Assembly (NCBI GenBank): GCA_021613535.1
Contig: CP075494.1
Location: 1,550,001-1,614,000, forward strand
DNA length: 64,000 bases
Origin: Adineta vaga
Lineage: Eukaryota; Animalia; Rotifera
Direction: 5' to 3'
The notes under the pieces were generated by a model. It made no database searches and was not told the origin of the DNA. It was given only the letters and a program-made list of their open reading frames with translations. Of the stretch, positions 36,801-49,623 are shown piece by piece. The translations under genes were made by a program, and so were the position numbers. Position 1 is the stretch's first letter. Each line of letters begins with the position of its first letter.

Positions 36801-39800
36801 TCAAGGATTAGCAAGTTCATAAACATCCATAGTACTCAGTTCTCGAGAATAGACACGAAATTCATCTATATCTCCAACATACACGTCTGAAGTAATCGAT
36901 CCTCGATGACATGAACTTCCATCAAGTGAATTACCCAATGTTAAAATATTAATTTTTCCTGAAGCTTTATAAGACATTTGACCTGTTGTACCATAATACA
37001 TTCCATTGATATACAAGATTAGTCCATTTCTTAATGAATAAGTAAGGGCAATATGTGTCCATACATTAATAGGTAGCAATAAACCAACTACTTCTCTTCC
37101 ACTAGAACCACCATTGATAACGATAATTTCACCGGTTGACCGAAATCCCATGAGAGCAGTACACCATCCTGCTCCATTTGTTTGTGTTGAAAGATGAACA
37201 AGAACGCCTCCACCTCTGGATGCTCGTTTAATCCATAAAGATATCGAATATGATCGATCAGAAATTCCAAGTAAAACAAACCCAGAAATCTAATGAAAAA
37301 ATATAAGATAATGATTTTATCATTATTTGTACAAATTCTTCCAAGGAGGAAACGACCTATGCCAGGGACTTCATGGACGAATGTCTGCACTTTCTCCTGC
37401 TTTCTGGTCCGCAAAATCATTCTATATTAAGACTATACGTACAGAATATGTTGATCAAGTAGAAACTTTTTCACTTAAGGACTGTTAACATGATGTCTCT
37501 ATCATCAGTAAATCTTTTTTTCCTGTTCCGAATGTTTTAAGTATCAACGTGATCAATTAAATCCGGTGACTACATTATAAAAAATTTGATATTTTGACAG
37601 TGACAATAGGATCAATGGTTGGTAGCAATATTAGATTCAAAGTTCTTAAGTGTGAAAGTTTCTCTGTAAAGATCCTGGAGTCTACCGTTTCCCCCTTGGA
37701 TTCTTCTAATAAAATCAATGTTATACCTGATAATAAGATGAACTTGAATTAAAATTTAATGCTTGATTCACTTTACCCGGGACTAAACTAACTTTATTAG
37801 CTGTTGTAGTTAATCCAAATGAACCAGAATCCTTCCATGGTATACTATCAAATGAATGCCATGTCATCAATGTAGCGTCATTGAGAATTTCTATATCAGT
37901 TTTTGTTCGCATAGTCAGTGCCACATTATCAATAAGACTAAATACAGATATATACATAATCGATCAATCAATTAGAAATTTCTCTTTCTTTTTATAATAA
38001 TTTTCAAAATTGAACTTTTTACTGGAGACATTTCAAAATGAATGAAAAAGATCTTTTTGTTTTTCCTTACCCATCAAAACCATGATATTCATTGACGTCA
38101 AAATATGTTCCAATATGTATTACACCTTTACTTCCTAGATATGGTCCAGCTGAATCACGACGACAATCTTGATTTCCATTTAAATAAATATTTTGTGATC
38201 TTGATCGATAATCATAAACAAAAGCAACATGATACCAAGTATTTATTAATAATTCTGTTCGGGATTCGAGATCATCATAATAAAATCCCATAAACAGATG
38301 TTTATTCATTACTTTTATATGTAAAAAATGATCTTTTTTCGGCAAATCACGTTGAGAGAAAAGTCCATTACCATAATCTTTCGCTAGTCTAGTAGGATAT
38401 ATCCACATTTCCACTGTAAAACTAACATTAGCAAAATTTTGATTTGTTGATATTGTTACATGTTGAGTTTTATTACGATCGAATTTCAAAGCATATCCAT
38501 TACCGGTAACACCAGGTATTATATAACTTGGTAAATTGAAAGTTGTTCCATGAAGACTTGATATACTATCAAAAGTATTGTTATCAAACTGCCATAAACT
38601 AGATGAACCATATTCATATGGAATTGTCACTAAATATATAAGGATCAGAAAATAGTTTTCAGTTGTTTTCTCAGAAGTGAAAAGGAACCTTACGAATATT
38701 TGACAATTTCGTATTTTTCTCCTGCTTATGTTTCACGTTTACAATACTAACCTTGAGCTAGTTGAGCAATTTCACTTAATGATAATTCACGAGAAAAGAT
38801 CTTCAGTTCATCGATCTTTCCTCGAAATTGTGATGGAACAATTTGTGTTGTCTCATAAGAACAAGTGCTTGGTGAAAGACAAGTTCCTACAACAATTGTA
38901 TTTATTGAACCTTTAACTGAGTAAATATGATTTGTATTATTTCCATTTGAAAATGATCCATTAACGAAGAGCTGAATACCATTTAGTTCTGAATAAGTCA
39001 TAGCTATATGAGTCCATTGGTTTAATGAGATGATTCCAGAGGTGAATGAACTTGAATAAATACCATTCGTACCTAATGTTTGAATTGTTAGACGACCTGA
39101 AGAATCGAAACCAATTGTCGGTACACACTGTTTGTTTGTAAAACTGATCTAATTCGAGAATAAAATTGAAGAATAATAATAATAATAATATTTGCTATTT
39201 TAATAAGTCTTACTTGGAGAATAGTCCCATTATTAATAAATGGATAAATCCATAATGAAAATGAAAATGGATAATTTGGTTGACCAAGATAATAAAAACC
39301 TATTGTTTGAAAATAAGACAAATTTGTTGAATTAATTAATAAAGCGTGATCAAATCGACCATTTGAGTCAAACGTTGTTGAAAAAAATGTACTATTTATC
39401 ATTTGATTTGGTCCAACATCATGATATGAACTATCAAATGGATAATGAGCAACAAGAGTTGCTTCATCGAGAGTCTCTTTAGAACTTTTAACACGTGATA
39501 CAAATGTTAATTTATCAATAAAACCATTTTTAGGAACTATTCCAGGGATTGCCGGTATCGCACCAACAACTATAACACCTGTAGTTCCTTGAAATGCACC
39601 GTTAGCCGTTCGACTTCCATCATAAATTCCGTTCACGTAAATACGTTGTTGTAATAATAAAGGATCATAGGAATAAGCAACATGATACCATTGATTGACA
39701 ATTAATCTTGTATTTCCATCTAAATCATCGCTGAAGAAACCAAGACGTAGTTTTGCGTCAGTCACGACCATATGTAAACACAAATCGTGTCCAGCTCCTG

Positions 39801-40082
39801 AACAATAAGTAAATAAAGGAAAAAAATATGAAGCTGACGAAAGACTATCTGGGATCCAGATCCAAGCAGAAGCGGTTAATTTAGTCGAACTTAAATCCAT
39901 ATATTGGTTAACAACCATATAATTACCAGATGAAAAACAAGCAGCACTTCCATAGCCAGCATAACCTGGCGACATCCATCTAATAGTCCTATTTTGCATC
40001 AGTCGTCCATTGTAACGCCCATATACGTCGCTGAAATTTCTATCGAAGAACCACTGAATTATATCTGGCAGATCAGTTATAG
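36801..40082 (-). CDS. Four-domain LamG/concanavalin-A-like (Laminin_G_3) protein; 5' end not found
   Basis: Repeated WYHVAY/WTHIA..Y, IYVNG/LYING and G.IDE.(K/R)(I/V).SREL motifs across exons ~40082-39214, 39148-38752, 38629-38071, 37938-37727 and 37289-36801. Confidence 0.8.
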
Positions 40083-40488
40083 CTAAATCATAATGAATAT
40101 GTTGAGGATGAGCAGAGACTGTGCCTTGCACACATTCTCTAGTAGAAGATACTTCTAAAGACTTCTGATATGGTATATATATAATAAATGATATCAGACA
40201 GCAGGAGTGCATAATCTGCTAGTGTGTGTCCACACTTGTGAGAGAAAATAATCTGTTTCGAGAAAAACTTCAGAAGTATTAATGCATGAGGTCATTTTCT
40301 TTTGGATTTTTCTAGCTAGACAGATTCCCAAAAAATCTACCGATGGATAGAATTCAGCTGCCCTAACGGTAGATTCTGCATCCTTGTCGAACAGAGAAAT
40401 TTTTTATACAAAACTACAAAAGATATTTCGCTAAAAAGTCAATCATACTTGTTTTGAAAGCGTTAAACGCACGTTGTCTTTCTATTAA

Positions 40489-42961
40489 CCCTTCTAATAC
40501 CGTGCATGGACATTTTCGTCCATACGTGTGTAAAACACTTAATTTTCGGTGAAGACCTGAACTAATCGATATCAACTTTTTAGAATGTAAATTTTTATAG
40601 CTCTATCATCTGCTGAATATCTCCTTTTCAATAAATTTTTACTTTTTCCTGAAAAAGTCAACGTTTTTTTGTACATGAAAAAACTCATATGATAGAATCA
40701 CTCATTTTTATATCTTTTTTTTCTGTATTCTCGTCTATTATATCGTACAGATGTTGTAGACACTATTATTACATAGTATATCTTTCTCTTTCATGCATTT
40801 CTTTCTGTTCTGTCGTATATGTTGCTCCTCTCTTTCGTATATTTCTTTCTTTCTCTCGTACATATCTTGCTTCTCTTTCGTACATAAAGTACTTATGTTC
40901 CTGTGTGACCTTTTATGGACATCGATCCATTGTCAATCATTCTTCATGAAAATAAAGAGAAGAAACTTCTCGACGAATACCCCTCTTTATCCATTCCACC
41001 TATATATACTCGTTTTTTTTCTGAATAAAATCACCAATTCTCTTCGTCTTCCATATCACCTCTCCACATTATTTAACAACTATAAATAAATTTTATAAAA
41101 TGGCAGAATATGATGATATTACAAATAGTACATCAGAAGAAGAAGAAGATTTTACTGAACATATTGGAAATAGCAATGATGAAGAAGAAGATAAACAAGA
41201 TGATGATGATGATGATGATGATTATGAAGAAGATGATGATCAAGTAATAAGTAAAACTGGAAAAATTTATTACAAAACACCATCAAAAAATCAAAAAATG
41301 TATCGACAAAATATTATACGAGATAAATTTGGTGTTACACGTTCTGGTAAAGTTAAAAATATAGAAGATTCATTCAAAAAGTTTTTTACTGATGAAGTAT
41401 CAACAACAATAATTAAAAATACAAACAAGCACATGGGATTGAATGATAGATCTATTGACAAACGCGAGCTCTTTGCATTTATTGGTATTTTATATATGAT
41501 GGGTACAAATCAAGATAATGACTTATCCATAACAGATCTGTGGTCGGAAATGAATGGAAGACCATTTTACAAAGGAGCCATGGCTAGAAATCGCTTCGTT
41601 CATATACTGAAACATTTAAGATTTGATGATGCTGCTACAAGAACCAAACGAAGAAAAAAAGACAAATTTGCACCAATTCGAAATGTATTCCAAATGGTAA
41701 CATCAACATTTTCATCAAATTTCAAGCCATACCAATGCACAACTATTGATGAAATGCTCTCTTTATATCGTGGTCGTTGCCCTTTCAAAGTATTTATGAA
41801 GGACAAGCCAGGTAAATATGGTATTCTTATCAGAATGCTCACAGATTCACATAAAAGATATGTAATCAATATGGAACCATATGCTGGTAAAACAAATGAA
41901 ATTTCAAATAAACCGAAGGATATCGTGTGCCGACTAGCACAAACCATCGAAGGTACTTCAAGAAACATCACTATGGACCGCTTTTATTCATCTGTAGAAC
42001 TTGCCGACGAACTGTGGCATAAATTTCAATTGACTGTAGTTGGTACTATGCAGGTCAACAGAAAGCATATACCAGAAATCATGAAAATCAGCAAGAATAG
42101 AGAACTTTATTCATCTATATTTCTCTTTTCAAAAGTAACAACAGCTACAGCACCAGTCACACTCGTTTCATACAATCATAAACCAAAAAAAGTTCTTATT
42201 TTTATCTCTACTCAACATCAAACGATTGGTGATTTTGAAGGGGAGAAGAAAAAACCCGAAATCAACCTATTCTACAATGATACTAAAGGTGGTGTCGATA
42301 CAATTGATCAACTTACACGACATTATACAACAAAACGAGGTACTTTTAGATGGCCACTGTCGATTTTTTATACCTTACTTGATATAATTGGTGTCAACGC
42401 CTTCACGCTATTTCTTGAATGTTTTCCTGACTGGGGCAAACAAAATCCAAATAAAAGAAAGCTTTTTCTTAGAGAACTAGCTCTTTGTTTGGTGAAACCT
42501 TATGTTTCACAAAGAAATACATCAAATTTACACAAAGATGTTGTTTTCGGAATACACAGCATCTTGCATGAAAAGACATCATCAGATTCATCTTCACCAT
42601 CATCATTAGCAACAAAAACAAGAGCAGCAGCAGCAACGACATCAATAGCAACAACTCAATCGATGGCAGTGAAACGTGGTCGGTGCAAAATTTGTTATGA
42701 TAAAGCTTTTGATTATGCAAGTAAACAAAAAGCTAGCAGAATTGGCACCAAATGCTACAAATGCAGAATATATGTGTGTAAAGTGCATAGTTGTATGAAT
42801 ATTGTGTGTGAAATGTGTGGCGAGAGTTCTGATATATCAGATTAATCAAATATATTAATGCTAAAACTGACTAAAGTCGGATTTTTTATGATTTATATTT
42901 ATGGACAAAAATGTCCATGCACGGTGTTCCACGGGACTTTTTTCGCATGGTATTAGAAGGG
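40489..42961 (+). mobile_element. Full-length piggyBac transposon (2473 bp)
   Basis: TTAA at 40485-40488 and 42962-42965. TIRs CCCTTCTAATACC(G/A)TGC. Internal IR ACCGTGCATGGACATTTT(C/T)GTCCATA at the left end and at ~42900-42926. Confidence 0.95.
41100..42845 (+). CDS. piggyBac transposase (DDE_Tnp_1_7), intact 581 aa
   Basis: Acidic N-terminus; catalytic TIDEM, TMDRFY and GGVDTIDQ; KPGKYGI; RWP; C-terminal Cys-rich domain CKIC...CYKC...CKVH...CEMC. Confidence 0.95.
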   Translation: MAEYDDITNSTSEEEEDFTEHIGNSNDEEEDKQDDDDDDDDYEEDDDQVISKTGKIYYKTPSKNQKMYRQNIIRDKFGVTRSGKVKNIEDSFKKFFTDEVSTTIIKNTNKHMGLNDRSIDKRELFAFIGILYMMGTNQDNDLSITDLWSEMNGRPFYKGAMARNRFVHILKHLRFDDAATRTKRRKKDKFAPIRNVFQMVTSTFSSNFKPYQCTTIDEMLSLYRGRCPFKVFMKDKPGKYGILIRMLTDSHKRYVINMEPYAGKTNEISNKPKDIVCRLAQTIEGTSRNITMDRFYSSVELADELWHKFQLTVVGTMQVNRKHIPEIMKISKNRELYSSIFLFSKVTTATAPVTLVSYNHKPKKVLIFISTQHQTIGDFEGEKKKPEINLFYNDTKGGVDTIDQLTRHYTTKRGTFRWPLSIFYTLLDIIGVNAFTLFLECFPDWGKQNPNKRKLFLRELALCLVKPYVSQRNTSNLHKDVVFGIHSILHEKTSSDSSSPSSLATKTRAAAATTSIATTQSMAVKRGRCKICYDKAFDYASKQKASRIGTKCYKCRIYVCKVHSCMNIVCEMCGESSDISD

Positions 42962-43447
42962 TTAAATTGCTCAGAACAAGCTATGGTTGATGGGATACCT
43001 GTTGATAGCCTTTTTATTGGTTGTTATCCAGTTGAAGCTGTATTACGTTCTTCACTTGAATGTTTATATAAAAAAACGTGTATAGATTTAATTTCATCGA
43101 ATTTTCAACAAAATTCGCCAAGTTTTACAGTTGAAGTTTTACAATCAGAAACGAAATATGGTATCAATGAAACTGTTCAACATATGATTGATCGATTATT
43201 TGTAAATGATTGGAATGTAAAACATTTCTATTTGAATTATTCTAAAAAATGTCATTCAACAGAATGTACTTATTCATTTATAAAAAAATTTGATGTATTA
43301 TATATAATAACAACTATTCTTAATTTATATGGATCGTTAACAATATTACTCAGCCTATTAATTCCATTTATTATTAATATTAGTTTTCGAATATATTACA
43401 GAAGAAGACAAATGGTTATTGAACCATGTACAACAACGAAAAATTAA
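42962..43447 (+). pseudogene. 3' portion of a Cys-rich membrane-family gene, beginning at the piggyBac right end
   Basis: LFIGCYPVEAVLRSSLECLYKKTCI...TVQHMIDRLFVNDW...CHSTECTYS plus a TM helix; homologous to 28070-28510. Confidence 0.7.
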
Positions 43448-44370
43448 GTTCGATTTTTAATGAATATTGATAATTAGGTGTTTGCTTGCTTTTATGTCCG
43501 TGCTTCATTGATTGATCGTAAAATAAATGAAACTAATACAGAAGTTCTTTTTTTTTTCACAAGAGCTGATCGAAAAACAATCGAGTCAAGTAATATGAAT
43601 CTGCTATTATCGTCTACCAACATTAGTGTAGGTCTGTAAAACACGAATCCTACAAGAAAGAGTCGAACGAGTCTCTGTGAACCATGGTTACTTGTTCTTT
43701 TTTGTTTTAAATTATTATAGAATATTGAAAGTATGTATTTCTAAATTTATGTGCAAATAATACTTTCGTACATTTTTGTGAGCAAGGCATACTTGAAGCA
43801 GAGATATCTATAGCGACACATTCTCACGGGTAGCATAACTTGAATTACAATCAAAAGGTGGGATAAATGTGCTCAACTAAAAAGGAAATGAACATGAAAT
43901 CATCTTGAGGGTGAATACCGTTCTGAATTTTGCGATCACGTCATATGAGAATGACTAATACGCCGCTGCGACTTTGCTTTTCGTAATAGTTTTTCCTCTC
44001 GCGTCGGTGTTCTGAAGTCATCTTCGCGCTATCTATTTCCGTTGATTGGTAGCTATAAATAGAGTTCACGGTCATGGAAATGCATTTATCTGGTGTTTGT
44101 GCCTTTTTTGATTCTTACTATCGTTTCTTCTTTTGCAACTTCAATTTTAAAACAATCTACCGGTTTCGACCTTGTCCAAGGGTCTCATCAGATGGATTTT
44201 GTCTGCATATCCTTACATCACGACTTTAAATGCCGAATGTGTATTTATAATGAAAGAATTCGAGAGAAATGTTGTGATACGCAGACATGAACTACCATGA
44301 CCGGTGTGTATCTGTCTTCTGACTCTTCGCAGTGCTCAACTACTCAAATACTAACGATTATTTTTCATAC

Positions 44371-44425
44371 TGAGGGTGTGGGTGTAGGTGGGTGTCTCTG
44401 TTACTCATGAATACACCCACACCCT
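44371..44425. repeat. Inverted telomere-like mini-element
   Basis: TGAGGGTGTGGGTGTAGGTGGGTG...TACACCCACACCCT. Confidence 0.7.
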
Positions 44426-44572
44426 AGGTTAGGATTATTGATTGAAATATTGATCAAAGTTATCATTAAAATGTTGCTTGATATTTTTTTATGTGAATCA
44501 TGAATTACAAAATAATTCAAAAACGTCATGGTCTCTTTTTAGCTTTTCGGTTCATCGGAATAAAGAAGAATA

Positions 44573-47500
44573 CTAACAATCATCTATCCAAAAGAGCTCA
44601 TGCCAATAGGCGTCACGAAATATACCGACGGGGTCAAAAGCTTCAACTAGAGTCTTGAATATTGACAATGCACCATCATCTTGATATTGAGCACGAATGC
44701 GACACCAAATAGTTCGATCTTGTTGATGAATTGGCAAGATCTTACCCCAATGCACGGTAAATGGCAAACCATGGCGTTCAAATAAGTGCCAAAACTTGCG
44801 ATAGACTTGTGCGTATGTGTCTGATGTCCGCTTTGTGGACAGAATACTGATGCGTATCGAGGGCAAGCCACGCGTTGGACTCAATAGAGCATCACTGGCT
44901 GGACAAGGATATATTTCAGTAAAGATTCGACCACCAATATAGTCCTGAGGTCGGTTAATGATCTCTGTCAGATAGACCTCCAGCACTCGTTCCACGTATG
45001 AAGTATTATAAATCCGAAAATACATATCATGCATATTCACATTCGTCAATTCCAAATCAATGCTTTGATCCAAGGGAAGAATGATATATGCTGGTCCAAT
45101 AGTGGTTTTGCCCACGTTTTCAATCAAATCATAGGGTGGTGTCCATTGAAACAGGAGACATGCTGCAACCAAGTCCGAATCAACACCGTGCGTTTCAAGT
45201 GTATCAAATGGAAACTTGTTTATTTCCAACAAACAACGTTCTAAGGAGACTTTTATAGCTTGATTAGTACGTCCCATTTCAACCAAGCGTGAATAAACAT
45301 CTGATTGTGCCAAGAGATCAAAAAACACGGTCTTATTTTTCATACATGCCGGTTGTGCAAGTATATTCGACAATAAGGACATGGCAAGTTGGGCAGAAGT
45401 GGGTAAAAAAGAACTTCCTGGATGCTCGAAAAAGGTTTCAGGTTTTGATGGACCACCACATGTTGGGACAGCGACATCAGTTGTTCGATTCGTTTTAAAA
45501 CTATCGGCAAAAACCACACGATATATGCGGTCATGACCTTTCCATAATGGTCCATATGTATATGTTTCCGTTGTTGGGAGGATAAAATATCGTGAATAAT
45601 CATTTTTGGCAAACGTGTCTTGAATCTGATTGACGAGAGTATGCATGGTTTGATTGCGCAAATGAGTTTTTTCGTTATCGTCACCCATTGGAAATTCGAA
45701 ATACGGCGACGTTGGATTAAATGCACGCACAGCACAAAATTGACGACTTGGGGCGATGACGACAGACACAAGAATTCACATCAAACCCACACTTAGCAAC
45801 GCTCCTCGAAATTCGAGATTTTCCGTGGCATTGCGCCAGAGCATGCGAAGATTACCACGCCCATCAACCAAACGCAATCCAACAATTTGTTTGGAAAACG
45901 AATGAAAGCTTCCACCTTCAGTTCCTGTCGAAATGACACCACCAAGAGTTTGATGAATAACACCAGGAAGATTATCAAATGCAAGATTATCTTGAGCCAT
46001 CTTGTACAACAATGAATCTTGCCAAGAAATATTCATATATTTGTTTTCACCCATATGTAGACCTGCGCCAGCATCAATTAGAATACGCTGATTGACGTCA
46101 TCCTCCCCAACAGAGTGAACTTGATACTTGGTAAACACAGGAGATGAGAGATGTATATATACGATCTTCTTACTGGATGAAGTGGCTTGATGAAATTCAA
46201 ACTGTTGTTCAAACAGTTGGGAATGCCCCGCTCCAAACACACGCAATACAGTGGTCTGAGGATCTTGTTTTCGTACGAATTCTTGTAATTCTTCGATTGA
46301 CGTCGGGCGAAAGAGACTTGTATAGCCGGCGAGCGAAGGAGGCTTAGAATGCACAGTATATTGTTCCAAATGACATACGTTTTTCAATTGATCGACTTCC
46401 ATTCGGAGCATGGGAGAAGCAACAAGAGGTGGATGCAATGGGCATGATGCATTCAAGGCGATATCTGCCGATTTAGGACACCCATATACTGCCCACCATC
46501 CTATCAAAAAAGCACCAGTACATTTCAACACATATGACAAGACATATCGTTGACTGAGAATCTTCGGTAGAACGAATGTGAAAGGGAATAAAAGAAATAT
46601 GAAGATAGTGTAACCAAGGAGAGTACGTGAGAGTGAGTACGGTAAAATATGCTCCCAATGACATTCTTCCAATGCAAAGCGCAATCGATAATCTTCCATT
46701 GCCATGGATGCTCCAATAAGACCACCAGTCAACGACCAAATTTGGGTGTTATACTTAGATAAGCGAAACGTTTGTATAGTTTTCGAAGAGGGAACGAGTT
46801 CATTTTGATGTGCTGTTTTCTCCCAAGCGGAAACATACTGAGGTTTACGAACAAGAAATCGAAGAGTTGCGAAGAGAAAATAAATAAGAAATGGAACAAA
46901 GATTGAAAAATAAACACGATATGGTAACTCAAGTTTCCGAAACCAGGTCATTACATCGAGGGATTGCAATACAACGGGCATCCCGATACCAACTATCCAC
47001 CCTACAATCACATCACTTGGATAGTGGGCACCAAGGTACACACGTGCGAGTCCAGTGGCAATGAGAAGTGATAAAAAGAATATAAATAACAGCAGGTAAC
47101 CGAGGGTCATACTTTCCTGAAGATAATTCACGAGTTCATATTGAAATAAAATACACGAAAAGAAGCAAGCAATAGTTTGTGCATGGGAGGATGGAAATCC
47201 AAAATCTTCTTCCCATATTCCAGAAATGTTTTTGATTTTCGAATTAGTCCAAAAGGGACGTGGCCGCTGACAAATCCATTTGATACATCCATTCAAGAGT
47301 TCGTTCAGCGGAAGACTTGCCAATAACAACATTCCATCCGTTCCCGCCATTGTCCATAAGAAGAAAGGGACAATGGCAGTTATCCCTTCATCAGTCAGTA
47401 TTCAACGAAGAAAGACAGCGATTTTGACCCAGGAGTCATTTTTCTGAAGATATTGAATAATATTTTCCTCAAACGAGGATACATATTGTTGGAAATTTTT

Positions 47501-47626
47501 AATGACATTGCGATTATCAGAGACAATCTTTTGATGAGTAGACTGAGTCACCTTGCTTCTTAATGAATGTCTCTTACGGATGATGCCATCGGATGAAGAA
47601 AGTATTTCAACATGATCCACATCCAT
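44573..47626 (-). CDS. Intronless PAP2 phosphatase fused to an FAD-linked aldonolactone oxidase (GULO/ALO-like); single 1017-codon frame with two in-frame TGAs
   Basis: ORFs 47626-47402, 47350-45776 and 45769-44573 share one frame (AVFLR*ILTDEG; LLSVGLM*ILVSV). PAP2 motifs KWICQRPRP, FPSSH and ARVYLGAHYPSD. FAD/ALO motifs RPTSIEEL, RVFGAGHS, QTLGGVISTGT, HWGK and FDPVGIF. Confidence 0.85.
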
Positions 47627-48325
47627 TATTTTTTGGTTTGAAACACTGAGAAGGAAAAAGAAGTTTGAGTAATGTTTTCAATATGTAAATTTCACAAAAA
47701 GAAAGCGATCAAATGCGGAAGGTCGTGCGGATGATCTTCAACGAGCTTTCACGAATTACTGCCCATTTTTGAGAGAAAAAAGCGAGTAAGTATTTTTTTA
47801 ATAACTTTTGTTAGGAACAAGGTAGTGCGGTGGGCCAAATGTCCTGTAGAAATGTTTTGTGTCCAACTTGTAGTTGAACTAAAACTTTTAGTTTTTTACA
47901 CAGTACTCTCGTCCTCAGTCCATTCCGGTGATTCCGTCACGGGACTATATTTCAATCATAAAAATGCGGGAAAAAGGATAGGATACTCCGATTTCTGTTT
48001 CTGAGAGTATCAGCTTTGTGTAATTTACATAGGTTCAGATAATGAAGAGAGAAAGTGAAAGAATGTCATTCCATCACATTTGGACAGGTCGATTGTCCGC
48101 TATCTTTCAATTGTCTGGTCAAAAACTTCCCAGAATAAATACTCTCTAAAATAGTAGTTTTCTCCATAACGGGTATCTTAATTGACTCCATGGTACACCC
48201 AATATGCTTCTACTAATCACAATACATACGTCTAGAAGAAAAGTAGTCGACGTCCGTGAGTTCTGAACCTATCTTAAGGATTTCGGAACCGAAGCATCAG
48301 TGAGATATAAGAAGCAGTTAGTATA

Positions 48326-48542
48326 CCCAGATCAAATTGCATACATCGGATCTTGTCGGCCTCGTAAAATTCCGGTCGGAACCCTACCGAAATTCACCAG
48401 AATTCTAACTAACGTATTCCGCTTCATGAATCCGACCGAAACCGTAGAAAATCCATCGAATCTTTTCGGATTTTACTGAGATTTCGTCGGATTCTGACGA
48501 AATCCGGACCGGAATCCGTTAGTTAGGATTGTTTGATCTGGA
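48326..48542. mobile_element. CCCAG-terminus MITE
   Basis: taCCCAGATCAAA...TTTGATCTGGAta; interior is rich in ccg/cgga. Confidence 0.55.
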
Positions 48543-48867
48543 TAGTCTAAAGACAACAGAACCCAATGGAACCCAATGAAGATGGACCGATTTGCGTTTT
48601 TATACGCCCCGTCCTTTTTTCCATTCTTAATTCTACTTAATTAAACTCAAAAACCCGTTTCTAGGGCTCCTGACTCAACTTATAAGAGTGAAAAATATTT
48701 CTTACCGTCGTCAAATCTCACTTAATTTGACTAAAGAATGGGTATATGTAAAGTGTGCGAACACCTTCAAAGGAAAGATAACGAATATGTGTGTCAATCC
48801 ACTAAGATAATAAAATACACGTTGCTGTCCTTCGCTTCTCATCTTCGCCCCGTTTTCATCTCACTGG

Positions 48868-49100
48868 TTTTTGTATACTTAAAAAGTGAGTACACTCTAG
48901 AATCGGTCAGTGTGTCCGTCCATCCGTCAGTCCGTTTACACAATGACTTTTGAAAAAAGAATCCAATTTTCGTAGAAGTTTTGCCCATAGAACTGTTTCA
49001 CCAATATCTCGGCCGAGTTCGAAGATGAGAACAATTTGTTAACAATTAGCAGAGTTATAGCAAAAATATCATTATCTCCTATGCTTCCCTATATGAAGAC
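48868..49100 (+). mobile_element. DINE-1/Helentron-like non-autonomous element fragment
   Basis: TTTTTGTATAC start followed by a GTCC-type microsatellite (GTGTCCGTCCATCCGTCAGTCCGT), an architecture typical of DINE-1/HINE elements. Confidence 0.4.
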
Positions 49101-49144
49101 TGACTAGGAGTCAAAAAAATGTCCGCATCAAAACTTTCATTATA

Positions 49145-49230
49145 GAGGTGTGGGTGAGGATGTGAGTGAGGGTGAAAGTATCTCTCTTTCTATTAGTACC
49201 GTTCAAGTCACACCCACACCCACACCCTTC
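49145..49230. repeat. Inverted telomere-like mini-element
   Basis: GAGGTGTGGGTGAGGATGTGAGTGAGGGTG...CACACCCACACCCACACCCTT. Confidence 0.7.
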
Positions 49231-49623
49231 CATTCATCATCGGAAAGCGCTTGGTTATATGATCTAAGTAGGGATGATATTGTTTATAATATAGAATCGA
49301 TTCAGGATAACTTACCGGAATTTAAAGCAGCTAGATGAAGATTTACTCATATCAGCTAAATCGAGATGAATAGAAAAGAAACACTCATATTTTTTCTCGA
49401 ATAGATATGCGCAATTAATTAAAAAGATAATTAGTTTTTTTAAATCCAATAATATTTAAATACTCTAATCTTTCATTTTCTACCTCGTAAAATATCTTAA
49501 AATTTTTATAATGACTTTTTTGTTCTAACTTTATAACATAATTGCATTTTTTTTCCTAAGCTATATATAATAAAGAGTATACAGAAGAAACTATCACACA
49601 TACATATACATCATCAAATAAAA

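Noticed and set aside
42911-42961. ATG start of the 178-aa ORF
   Set aside because: It lies within the piggyBac right end, so it is a chance in-frame fusion to the truncated host gene.
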